DNA of 61,875 nt, the filler included, from Choristocarpus tenellus KU-1152 (Eukaryota > Protista > Phaeophyceae), in the NCBI GenBank assembly GCA_964200185.2. It is 15 parts of 15 records of this genome, joined end to end, with 100 filler letters (N's around TTAATTAATTAA, not from the genome) between each part and the next. Parts side by side here need not be neighbours in the genome. Positions count along the whole stretch, not along the records: positions 47,886 to 52,163 come from CAXNAD020015322.1; positions 52,264 to 55,568 come from CAXNAD020020913.1; positions 55,669 to 61,875 come from CAXNAD020008681.1; 12 more parts are not named here. One strand, given 5' to 3'. The position numbers and the translations under genes are program-made. Below, piece by piece: positions 49,133-59,390 of this stretch (position 1 is the stretch's first letter; each line of letters starts with the position of its first letter). A model generated the notes under the pieces. That model saw only the letters and a list, made by a program, of their open reading frames with translations. It did not search any database and was not told the origin of the DNA.

Positions 49133-50467
49133 ATGTCTTTTCCGGAGTTCAACTTTTGGTGGAACCGTGAGGGGGAGTACGAGTTCAACTCGTCACCAAA
49201 GTATCGATCTTTGTCGACTTCGAAGGGATCCCCTTTTCCCGCAGACATGTCAGGACTGCGAACTACAACTGGCCAGGGTGTGGCGGAGTATGGTGATCGT
49301 CAGGTCCGATCAGTCAGTCATCTGCCGTCTTCTTCGCCCTTGAGGTCGTCTCAGGACTTTCGTGTCCAACCCCACCAAGATCCCTTGTATTTACAGCAAA
49401 ACGTGAGGTCGATGCGGGCACCCTCAATGCTTGGGAGTAACTCTGTTGGACCTTATCCCCCTGGGAATGTAACGGCGAAGATATTTGAAGAGGGGGAACC
49501 ATCATCGATCGGCAAGTCAGAAGGAAACACCTCGATGTATTCTGGGGGTGATGGCAAGGCCCCAGAAATTCCACCATTTTTCCATCCACTCCGAACTCAT
49601 TTCGAGACACAAGCAGGGGCTGAGGTGGCTCTGGATGCTCTGATCCGCATATTCCGCACAAACTCGATCGTGGTAGAGATTGAGAGACCATTCAGGCTAT
49701 TATGCTCAGCGCATGTGCGCCACAGGCTTGTCAAATTCTCAGTGCGTCTATTCCAGGGGCGAGGGGGTGGGGAAGAGGGCGGTACCACTCTCATTGAATT
49801 TCAGCGGGTTGAGGGCTGCGGGTTGATATTTTCATCAGTATTCCGTCACTCTCGTATCACTTTCGAGAGCTGGGAGAAGGGAACTTCCCCCCAACCTGGA
49901 GTTTTGGCCTCTGTCCTGAAAGCCTCTGGGGCGTTGCCTATGCCCTCATTTACTGCAACCGATGGGGAGGAAGATACCTTGGATGAAAAGACAGCTTCTG
50001 TCCTGATGGACTTGGTAACCGACACAAGCTGCCCATCAAGGCGAAGAGAAGGAGCTCAACTCTTTGCTATGGCGTTGAACGAAGCTGTAACTACCCGGTG
50101 CTCTGCTCTGAGTCACCCAGGAGTAGAGCGTGCCCTGAGGACCCTCCTCCGCTCAGAAGACGAGGCTGTGCGTTTATCGGGGATGTCTGTGTTTGCCACC
50201 CTCTGTGGCAGGTATTCTGAACTGGATGAGGAGCAGCAGGCGTGGCTTCGGGATCGTGTAGGGCAGCTGATCATGGGTCTAAAGTCTGACCAGTCTCCTC
50301 ATGTTCAAAGAGAGGCTGCGCGCGCACTGGCTGGCCTCTCACGGCCGTTGGCAGAGCACATTCGTGTCCTGGGAGGTGTAGATATTCTGATGCCGCACTG
50401 CAGAGCTCAAGATGCAGCGTTGTCAGGTTTTGCAATGACAGCATTTAACAACACGAGGGCGTGTTGA
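49133..50467 (+). CDS. Uncharacterised 444-aa protein: low-complexity N-terminus, KA1-like domain and ARM/HEAT-like repeats
   Basis: Longest ORF in the window and intronless. The KA1-like segment is THFET..ALDALIRIF..VKFSVRLF..LIEFQRVEGCGLIFSSVF; the helical repeats are RREGAQLFA, SEDEAVRLSGM and SPHVQREAARALAGLS. Probable 5' UTR intron (GTGAGT at ~48757 to CAG 49080). Confidence 0.8.
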   Translation: MSFPEFNFWWNREGEYEFNSSPKYRSLSTSKGSPFPADMSGLRTTTGQGVAEYGDRQVRSVSHLPSSSPLRSSQDFRVQPHQDPLYLQQNVRSMRAPSMLGSNSVGPYPPGNVTAKIFEEGEPSSIGKSEGNTSMYSGGDGKAPEIPPFFHPLRTHFETQAGAEVALDALIRIFRTNSIVVEIERPFRLLCSAHVRHRLVKFSVRLFQGRGGGEEGGTTLIEFQRVEGCGLIFSSVFRHSRITFESWEKGTSPQPGVLASVLKASGALPMPSFTATDGEEDTLDEKTASVLMDLVTDTSCPSRRREGAQLFAMALNEAVTTRCSALSHPGVERALRTLLRSEDEAVRLSGMSVFATLCGRYSELDEEQQAWLRDRVGQLIMGLKSDQSPHVQREAARALAGLSRPLAEHIRVLGGVDILMPHCRAQDAALSGFAMTAFNNTRAC

Positions 50468-51429
50468 TTATATTTTATTTTTGTATGGGCAGAGTGTGTT
50501 GACGACAACCTCTGCAGCTGTGGTCGGGCCGCCTATCATTCGTTTGCTGTCTTTGATGTGTCCTTGTGATGAAGCATGCAATTTTGTTGTATGTGATCCC
50601 CGTCGTGCTTACCGGCCCTTGGTGGAAGCTTCTTAGAAAGTAGAGGGAAAAGCAGGGTTGATGTTTGTACAGTACATTAGGAGATTTTTTTATGTTTTCA
50701 AAGTTGAATTATTGACAGGGCGGGTAGAGGTATTGTTTCTCACTTATGGGTACGACGTGTCACATGTTTGGCATACGTATGTAGATACATTAATGTCTTG
50801 TGTGAGCTATAGAGGTTGGCCCTTCTGCTAACCTTGGTTGAGGTTGGGCTTTTTATTTGTGTGCACAATTTTTCTGGTTTTCAGAAAGGTTGGGAATGAC
50901 TGTGTGTAACTTGAGAATACAAAATATGTGAACCAAGAACATTCTGTACACAGTGTTTCTTCTAACATTGTTTTGCCACTTCCATTTTTTTCCCCTTGAG
51001 TTCTCCCGAAAACCTTTTTGGCTACCTTGTTGTTAAAATTGTACCTGTATATACTGGCGGTAGTAGGACCTTTCTGTGCCAGCTGCATTGCAGTGTTGAG
51101 CAGAAAAGTTTTTGACCAGATCGTATCTGTATGCTCTTTCTGACGGAAGGACTGCCCAAACTATTGATAAATGACTCTTTGATTTGTGAACATCTGGACT
51201 GCACACAGGAAAATTGATCCTCTTTGTCTTGCCGTGTATTTTTTTACCTGGTGCATGCCTGCATGGCATGGATACTCAGATTAGATCAGTAAACCCATGT
51301 TTGAATCCAGTATGCAAGGTTCTCTAGTAAGTGCACCGGGTGCTGTTCTGTAAACAGAGTTGTATGCATTGTCCTTCAACACAGACACAGACACAGACAC
51401 ATGCACACACACACATGAAGCACTACTAT

Positions 51430-51720
51430 AGCAAGAACTGGGTGTGAGGGCATCTAGGTGATCATAAAAAAAAAGTTGCTTTGTGCAGGCTTGGAGGTGT
51501 GCGCATGGACAAACGCTCGTTAGGTGAATGGCTTCATTTTTTTTTCCAAGTTGGAGCTATGAAGCCAGGGGGGAAGACAAAAGGACTGGAAAAATAAAGA
51601 AAGCTGAGGTGTGTACCTCCAAGGTGACCTTCGAGTCCTTTGGAGTCACAGCTGAAGAGTGGGTTTACCTTTGCCAGGAGGCGAAATAATGTGGGTATTG
51701 CCTGTCTACCATTCTGGTAG
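51430..51720 (+). mobile_element. RTE-like LINE 3' fragment
   Basis: RTGCEGI*VIIKKKLLCAG..RMDKR..YLQGDLR..FGVTAEEW echoes the GCESIE..RRLLFAG..RM..DL..FG C-terminus of RTE ORF2. Confidence 0.55.
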
Positions 51721-52802
51721 GGCCGAACCCAGCTGTGTTTTGCCAGGGGAAAGTGATGACCATCACCCAAACTAGTGGCAGGACATAAGCTGAAAAAGTA
51801 TTTTTTGTTGGGAGGATTGCATACAGACCCCACTTTTTCGGACCTCAAGGGGGGTGGGGTGTCTACCATTACTCTGGGAGCGACGAGTTCAATCAGAGGG
51901 GAAAACATTGGCAGACTGTGCTAAGAAATTTCAGTCACCAATGAAACCCAGCGCAAGTAGAATCAATAGGTTCGGGAGGGTTGCTCGTCGGTCTACCGCC
52001 CTGATGCGTGGCACTGGGGTGCTCTTCAACCCCTGCTCCTCCTGTGGGAAAAAAAGAACCCTTCCCCCCCCCCCCCCCCCCCCCCCCCCGCCCCTGGCCG
52101 CCCCTGAAAAGCTGGAGGGGGGAAAGGGGGGGGGGGGGTGGGTGTTTGTGGTGTTGAGGGGGGNNNNNNNNNNNNNNNNNNNNNNNNNNNNNNNNNNNNN
52201 NNNNNNNTTAATTAATTAANNNNNNNNNNNNNNNNNNNNNNNNNNNNNNNNNNNNNNNNNNNNAGTCCTCATTGTCACAATTAAAGCCATAGGTCGGTTA
52301 TATCCACAAAGTACAAGATATTGTTCAGTAATACTATTGCAAGAGTTGCTGTATCTATCCTGCCAATGAGATGAATCTGCTCCGAACTGACCTTGGGTGG
52401 AAGTGTTAGTCGTTCATTCAAGTTCTGTCTTCTCAATCTCTGTGTTTTTACCAAATAATAACCCAAGGCTTACGTCTTAGAACTACTACTGATACCTCAG
52501 GTTTGCATTCCCCTTGCTGGAGATTTTTTCCCTCTTCAAAAAGTACACAACACAATTCACAGACGAAACAGTACAAATTTCAAATACAGCCACACACATT
52601 AACGCATTAGTTGTGCAGAGTTATTTATTCTTGGGTTTGTCATACTCCACCCATATTGATGCCCATCTTGACTCAACACTGTTGTGCTGTTCCCTTCATG
52701 CTCTGCTGACCGATCTTTCCCACTCCTCCAACTCTCGTCCCTTCAAACGGTAATGGTATCATAATAACCCCTTCATATGTTCATGATAGTATACATCAAC
52801 AG

Positions 52803-54275
52803 CAGACGTAGGGGGAGTGGCAAGCATAGCTCGCATATTTCGCTTGGGTCGTGTCCTGCGCCTCATCAACTCTGCAAAGAGCATCCGCCAGTTGTTCGAC
52901 ACCCTTGTGACATCACTGCCCAGTTTTGCAAACATTGGAGGTTTGCTGTTCTTGCTCTTCTTCATCTATGCTGTTCTTGGCATGGAGCTCTTTGCCAAGG
53001 TTCGGGCGCTAGGTTTATGACTAGGGCTAGGCCTAGAGCTCAGATTAGGGTTACGGATAGGCTTAGGCATAGGATTAGGGTCATGCTCGCAAAATTTCCT
53101 ATACCTTACTATGATATGTTTGATGTTTGTCGTAAGGGAGCTACTCTATTGTGAGTGCCATCTAGTTCTTGTTCAAATATCAATCCAACATGGTGCTGCA
53201 AATCTAATTTCAAGCGAATAAGGCAAATGGTTGTGACACAAGGCAGTGCGAAAACTAGACGTCGTAGACCATGCTTGATGGTATCAAATTTCCTATCTGT
53301 TGGCAAGTTCTGTTTATTGTTGATGATATGCTGATTTCTTAGGTGCTTTTTAAGTAGCTAATGGGTACTTCCACACTATGGAGAAATAGAGTTGATTTCT
53401 TGTTCAACTGTGTTAGGAAAAGGTTGTTGGTCACTTTCATCTTAGGTACCCCTGAGCAATAAAAAAAAAATGTCATTCTTAGTAGAGAAAAAGACGTATA
53501 GTTTACAATGAAAAACGTGTGTAAATGTTTTAGTCAGGCACATGATAATCGGTTGAATGCCACTCAAAACAGTATTTCCATCCAAGGTAATTACACTGCA
53601 TTGTCTGGTCCTAACTTTCTGATTCCCAATTCACTACACCCTCTCCCAACCACTGATTTAGATAGAGATTGGGTATTAACCCTCAAACGGTTTGGATGTT
53701 TATTCTTTGTGGTCTTGCAGAAGCCCAACTAACAATGTAGACTAGCACAGAATACCCCCGGATCTCAATATTTATTCAGGGGATGAGGCCAGTCGCGTTC
53801 AGGAATCCACACAGAAACTATTAAATAATCATACCAACACAGAAATATATATATATATATATACAAAAATAAAATATATTTAAAGTCATAGTAATGAAAC
53901 GGGGATTGATGAGAAGGGGATATGGAACATAGGACATGGTAATTTGCACTTCGCATCACATCTTCGTTTGCCTCAACAGGATGTGTTTGTCTAGGAACAC
54001 AACCTTCCTCTCCAATGCTTCCGTCGCCCCTGAGCCACAGTTTAGTCGTATTGTCTTTTTAGGTCACATTCTTGCAGCCACAAACGTCTCACAATGCTGA
54101 AATTCTTCCCCAACCACAAAGACAACACCTGCTTATATATGACCTCATGCCACATGAAAAAACGAATTCTCCAGGTGGCCGCAAGTGATGATTATAATGG
54201 CCATGCCAACTTTCGCAGCTTTGGGCTGGCTCTACTCACTCTGGTCCGCTTTTCTACTGGAGAGAACTGGAATGG
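52803..54275 (+). CDS. Four-domain voltage-gated cation channel (Cav-like), domain IV S4-S5 and pore loop, partial
   Basis: Exons 52803/52806-52999 (S4 RIFRLGRVLRLI; KSIRQLFDTLVTSLPSFANIGGLLFLLFFIYAVLGMELFAK) and 54175-54275 (HANFRSFGLALLTLVRFSTGENWNG). Confidence 0.9.
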
Positions 54276-54605
54276 GTGCGTTTGTAGTGTGGGTGCTTGT
54301 CTACCGCCTAAAACTCAACTTTTTCTTGCCAACATGATAGTGCATTCAAGCTTTTAGCCTTTATAAAAACAAGGCACAATGGTCCATATGATAGAATTGT
54401 GAATCGTCTCCAATTCCAATTTATCTTAGTTTAAAACATACCAATAGCGATCGAAACGGTGTGCCTGTTTTCTAGTCAGTCTTTTTGTGCCAGTCCAGAA
54501 GAGCGCCTGTGATATGACACTTTTTCAGGTAATGCAATAACAGCCCTGTTGCAACGTGGTAATATGGTTTTGTAGCATCAATAGGCAATTCAAGAAAGAT
54601 CCTAC

Positions 54606-54863
54606 GAGCCAAAGTATCTTAGAGGGTAGCGCCGCGTCCGTTTGGGGGCCAAAATCCAATGTTACGATTTTGATGAAATTTTGGCTATTGTGTTTGTTAG
54701 GAAGTGTCAATATCTTTGTTCTCGACAAACCTTTTTACAACGTATACATTTTACCTATTCCGAAAATTTTCTGAGTAGGTAATGTCTTAAAATACCCTGA
54801 GGGAAGCCAAGCCCCAAATGGACAAACAGGGCAAAACTCGTACCCTCTAAGATACTTTCACTC
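54606..54863 (+). mobile_element. MITE family A
   Basis: GAGCCAAAGTATCTTAGAGGGTA / TACCCTCTAAGATACTTTCACTC; 4-bp TSD CTAC. Confidence 0.92.
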
Positions 54864-55509
54864 CTACTCAACTGTATCTGTCTAGAGTAGATGACTAAAG
54901 AGTGAAAATATGTTATGTAAGATATTCTCGGTCCAATAATGCCTCAAGGTTTCAGTGCAAAACAAATTGAGACCAAATATGGATTGTACTGCGAACTGGG
55001 TAAGGAACACCATCTTGGAGGTTTGCCGTTGGTGATTTTTTTGTGCATATCCCAAGTTGGAAGTTAACACTCACAGTCTGAAAGATCCTGATGCTGCAAC
55101 AAGAGCCCTTTCGATTTTTTCTTCTCCACTATTGCTCACTTTCAAGAGGAAAGTGGATTAAACCACGAACCAGATCCTCTGGAAACGCATGCTTGACCTT
55201 ATAATCTTGTCAGAGGCTGGAGCAACCAAAATGAAAATAGGTCTACCATCAAAATACTCCCAGTGATAGGGGATGAACAGTACACCTATATCCTTCTGAG
55301 TCCTTGCAGGTGCCGAATATGCATGCAGATATTTTTTTTTGAAGTGGCTAGAAAAGGGGTAAAAAAAGGACACTTGCTGGAAGGGAGAAGCATTGGACTT
55401 TTAAGATAAATTGAAAGAGAAACCGCCATACACGATATTGTACTGCCAAATCTTTAACATCTAGAGTCCGATCACACGTCCAAACGAACCTCTCCCCCTC
55501 ATTTCCAAA

Positions 55510-55568
55510 GGCTCTAAGTATCTGGGGGGGGGGGGAGGGGGTCTACACCAGGGTGTCCATTCGGTCTC
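55510..55568. mobile_element. MITE family C end, truncated by the contig end
   Basis: GGCTCTAAGTATCTGGGG...GGTCTACACCA.GGTGTCCATTCGG matches 26101 onward. Confidence 0.8.
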
Positions 55569-56598
55569 NNNNNNNNNNNNNNNNNNNNNNNNNNNNNNNN
55601 NNNNNNNNNNNNTTAATTAATTAANNNNNNNNNNNNNNNNNNNNNNNNNNNNNNNNNNNNNNNNNNNNAACCAAGGGTTGGGGGGAGGATGCAGACGGAT
55701 GGAGGATGGCCATGGGCTTGTCTGGTTTAGTGGGAATGTCAGGGGGGGGGGGGGGGGGATACAGTGGGTGACCCATTTTCTGGGAGGAGCTGCAAAGGGA
55801 GCATCCAAGCCTGTACATATCCAACCCTAACCACGACCCTAACTCATTAAATGCAGTACTATCATCCTACTCCTCACATAATCCCAACCCACACCCTAGA
55901 CTGAAAAATTCTAACCTCTACCCTGTCATGCTCCTATCCAAATCTTTAAGAGAAAGGCTGATGAGTCAGAATACAACTATGCTGTGGTCCTGTTAACCAC
56001 TGCCTTGATTGGGTTGATGGCGGATATTAAAAAAAAGAGAGAATATAAACTAGACTTTTCGAGGGGTTACATAGTGACCTGGCAGGGAAAATCTTCTCCA
56101 GACCCAAGGGATACAAATATAGAGTGGGTGGACCAGATGAGAGATGGTGCAGTGACCACTCAGACAGTGTCATCCCAACCTTCCATTTTCCTGATCTTGA
56201 ATTGCACAATAATACCATTACATCGATTGATACTTTCTGAACATACAAAAACTGCACAATATTCATGCTTCTACAGGAATTCCTTTGTAGAGCTTGGATG
56301 TTTGGGCTCTCCACTGCCCCAGGCAACTCCGAATGTGGTATCTAAGTGGACCAATGAGAGATCACCAAAACGCAGACAAAAACATAAAAAAACAACTCAT
56401 ACTCACTATTTCTCAGCGATCGGGTTTTGCCAGATCTGACATAACAAAAATCTGTAACAGGCTCATTATCTTACAAGTCACTTCAGGAATCCTTGAAGCT
56501 TGATTGTACATGCACCATTTCCCGTCAATAACATGGAATGTATGGGATTCCCTACCCTTTCCTGTCAAAAGCAAGGCATGCCATGTGAATTTCCCTAC

Positions 56599-58849
56599 CT
56601 CTTCTGCCAGGATGCTGAGGTCTTCTATCAGGCGAGGAAGTTGCTGCTGGGCCCTTATGCGATCTGTTCGAGTGACCTCTTTGCCATCAAGGCGTTCAAG
56701 CTGAGGAAGGCGTCCAATCACATAGGCCTCGAAGTCCTCCCACGCCTCGAGAGGGAGGGGCGGGGCGGGAGGGGGAAGGTGTTGGACACAGACCAGGTAG
56801 GTAGGTAGGTAAGGTAGATAGGTGGGCCATGTGTGCAGAGGTTATGGGAAGGCATCAAGGATTTCAAGGTACGCATGTTGGAGGAGAAAGGGCGGGGTGG
56901 GAAATATCATTAATGATGCGCTTCTTGTTCCCCATCATTCCCATAGTTTCCTTGTAAACGAGCTCCCAGTACAATGGCAGATAAGTATCAGGGGGGGCGG
57001 GGGGCGGGGGGGAGAATATTCGTTAACATCTCTCAGAGGTTTGAGTAGTGACTACTGCATATCTGAAGAAGCTCACACACCATATGTAGGCACCCTGAAC
57101 ACATTGTTCACTGTTATTGTGCTCAATTGTAAAGAAGATCTCCATCATATGTATAAGCACTTCATCTCAAGCCGAGCAGTTCTCTAATGTTCTAGCCAGT
57201 AGCATGCTGGAAAATAAATGTGAAGCATTCTTCCAAACTTGTCTCTACTCTACTCTACTCTACTCTACTCTTTGGGGGGAACGAGAGTCACACAAAGGGG
57301 AAAAAAACATCAGTCTTTGGTACTCTGGGAGGTAATTGCCCTTTGGATCAAGCACCTACCTGGCAAGGGTTTCCCATCAAGTAGAGGTCTTTGAGTTGCA
57401 AGTTATTGGAGAGGCAGTCAATGCTAGTTTCCAGCTCATCCAAATCGATGAAGTTCACTGTCAAGTCCAGTTTGTTCAGAAACTCGCATGACTGCAATCC
57501 CTCAATCTGCTTGATTGTTTAGAGGCAAGGATCAAGTAAAGGAGACATTGGTTTTGTCTTTGGAGTCAAGGGCAAGTTAGGAACAGTGTGTGTGGTGTGC
57601 CATCTTTGTACTAGTCTGTGATATCTGCAAGTGTGTATTTACAGAGTGGGGCTGGGGGACAGAGGGTTTTGTACTTGTGCAATTGCATGAAGTAACAGGC
57701 GATTATGATATAACATAATCTTAACTGCATCAACAACGAAGTTCTCCTCCAAACATAGCAGAGACATTTCTTTCGGTACCCAACTGTATTGCAAACTGCT
57801 TGAGAAGTGACCTGGTCATAGTATGCTTGTGACCAACCTTGCCACCAGCTGGGGCCAGGGTACTCATACTGATATCAGTGCCCTATCATAGATGTGGCTT
57901 GCTCCTCATAGGAGAAATTCTAGGATGGAAGAAATGGTGACGTTCACTTAAGATTCTTGCATGGGTGCGCCAACTTGAGTCACTGACTACCCTACAATTG
58001 CGAAACACTATCCACTAGGGCCAAGAGGCTACGCTCCCAAACCCCCATCCGTCCACGGGAAGTTCTACAGTAGGGATACGACGTGGGAATAAGCATGAGG
58101 TATATCAAGTCCTTCGCTCGCCTTGGTAATGTTGTTGAGGGCAAGGTTGAGGTACTCGAGCTCCTTCATGTGCCGAAGGTTTTGCATTCTGGGTATTATG
58201 TTGTTCTGGAGGTACAATATCTTCAGCCGACGACAATTGCATCCCAGGGTCTCGTTGATAGACTCAAGCTCCTCCTTTCAGTGGATAAGATGTTGTTTCG
58301 AGTAAAAAGCATTGCAAATTTCAAGCTTCAGAAGGAAAACCCCAAGTTCCGCAAGGCGATCAACTCCTCAAGAATGTAGAGATTAGATTCGTCTTGGAAC
58401 CTGCAGGATAGACCTGGCCAGCTACTTCATCTGTGCTACACCAGGCAACACTGAACAACGCTTCTCCACTACTCTTCGTTTTCTATCTACATTGTACAGG
58501 TTTCTATGAGGGAAGATCTTTCTCAATTTGTGTGTGCACGTATCATCAAGAACAACCAAGGTGCATCAGTCCAAGGATGAAAACGTTGTGGCATTCATGA
58601 GCCCTGAAAGTACTCTGACAAAAACTTTGCGACAATAATTGCATATAATAGTGCTGGATTGTCCTTCCTCATGGGCAAGACACATTCTGGAAAAAGTTTC
58701 AGTCAAAATTTTGAGGGTACAACAACATCTTTATCTCGAAAATGTCAACCTTGCCTCACCTGGTGAAGGGAGAGCTCTTCGAGAGTGTGGATGAGTCCCT
58801 CATTATGCTCTGCCTTGCGGCGGATGAGGTCAATGGTGATTTCCGGCAT
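56599..58849 (-). CDS. DNAAF11: Dynein axonemal assembly factor 11 (LRRC6/tilB), 5' part
   Basis: Exons 58849-58760, 58274-58122, 57506-57360 and 56745-56599, all phase 0: [30 protein letters not shown]|[31 protein letters not shown]|[30 protein letters not shown]|..[27 protein letters not shown]. Confidence 0.95.
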
Positions 58850-59390
58850 ATTTAATATCACTTAACTTCTTTCCTGGAACTACTTGGGCGATTGAGGGCC
58901 AGGCTAACCCACTACAACAGTCGATAAAATATATTTTGACAGTTTTCCAATGAGAGGAACCTTGCGCAAACCCTAACCTTACATTCACATCGTGTAGTGC
59001 AACAACGATACTGGAGCAGAGAGAGACGGTAGGCGGGGAAGCATCAGAAAATCGTCCCTAGTACTTGTGGGTCGTTTTGTGGTTGGCCAACCTCTAGCAA
59101 CTTCCCTCTATAAAGGTGATTTCGAAGTCGTCGTTGGTAATTAATTGTTTAAGTTATGATAATCATTGTTGGCAGTTGAACTAGAAAAGGAAGAAGACCA
59201 GGGTGGTCTCAGAGCCCCAGAGTCTCTACTAGAAAGAAAAAAATTCAAAGTTCAAGTTGCTCCAATTATTGGTAGTGGACGAATCCTTGAAGAAGTCCAT
59301 ACCCACGTCAAGCTCCCCAGCCTAAGCATCACTCATTCCCGAGGTGGAACAAGGCGAACAGCAGGTGGAATATTATTTGGACTATAGCCC
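58850..59390. promoter_or_regulatory. Probable bidirectional promoter between DNAAF11 and GGC1
   Basis: 541 nt between divergent ATGs; contains the palindrome GGTTGGCCAACC (59081-59092) and TATAAA at ~59109. Confidence 0.55.

Noticed and set aside
4094-55668. Regularly recurring TTAATTAATTAA palindrome as a biological repeat or CRISPR-like array
   Set aside because: Always centred in exactly 44+44 Ns; it is an assembly linker with stops in all six frames.
59081-59092. RFX X-box controlling the ciliary gene
   Set aside because: Only a partial resemblance, and RFX factors are not known from stramenopiles; kept only as an unexplained palindrome.
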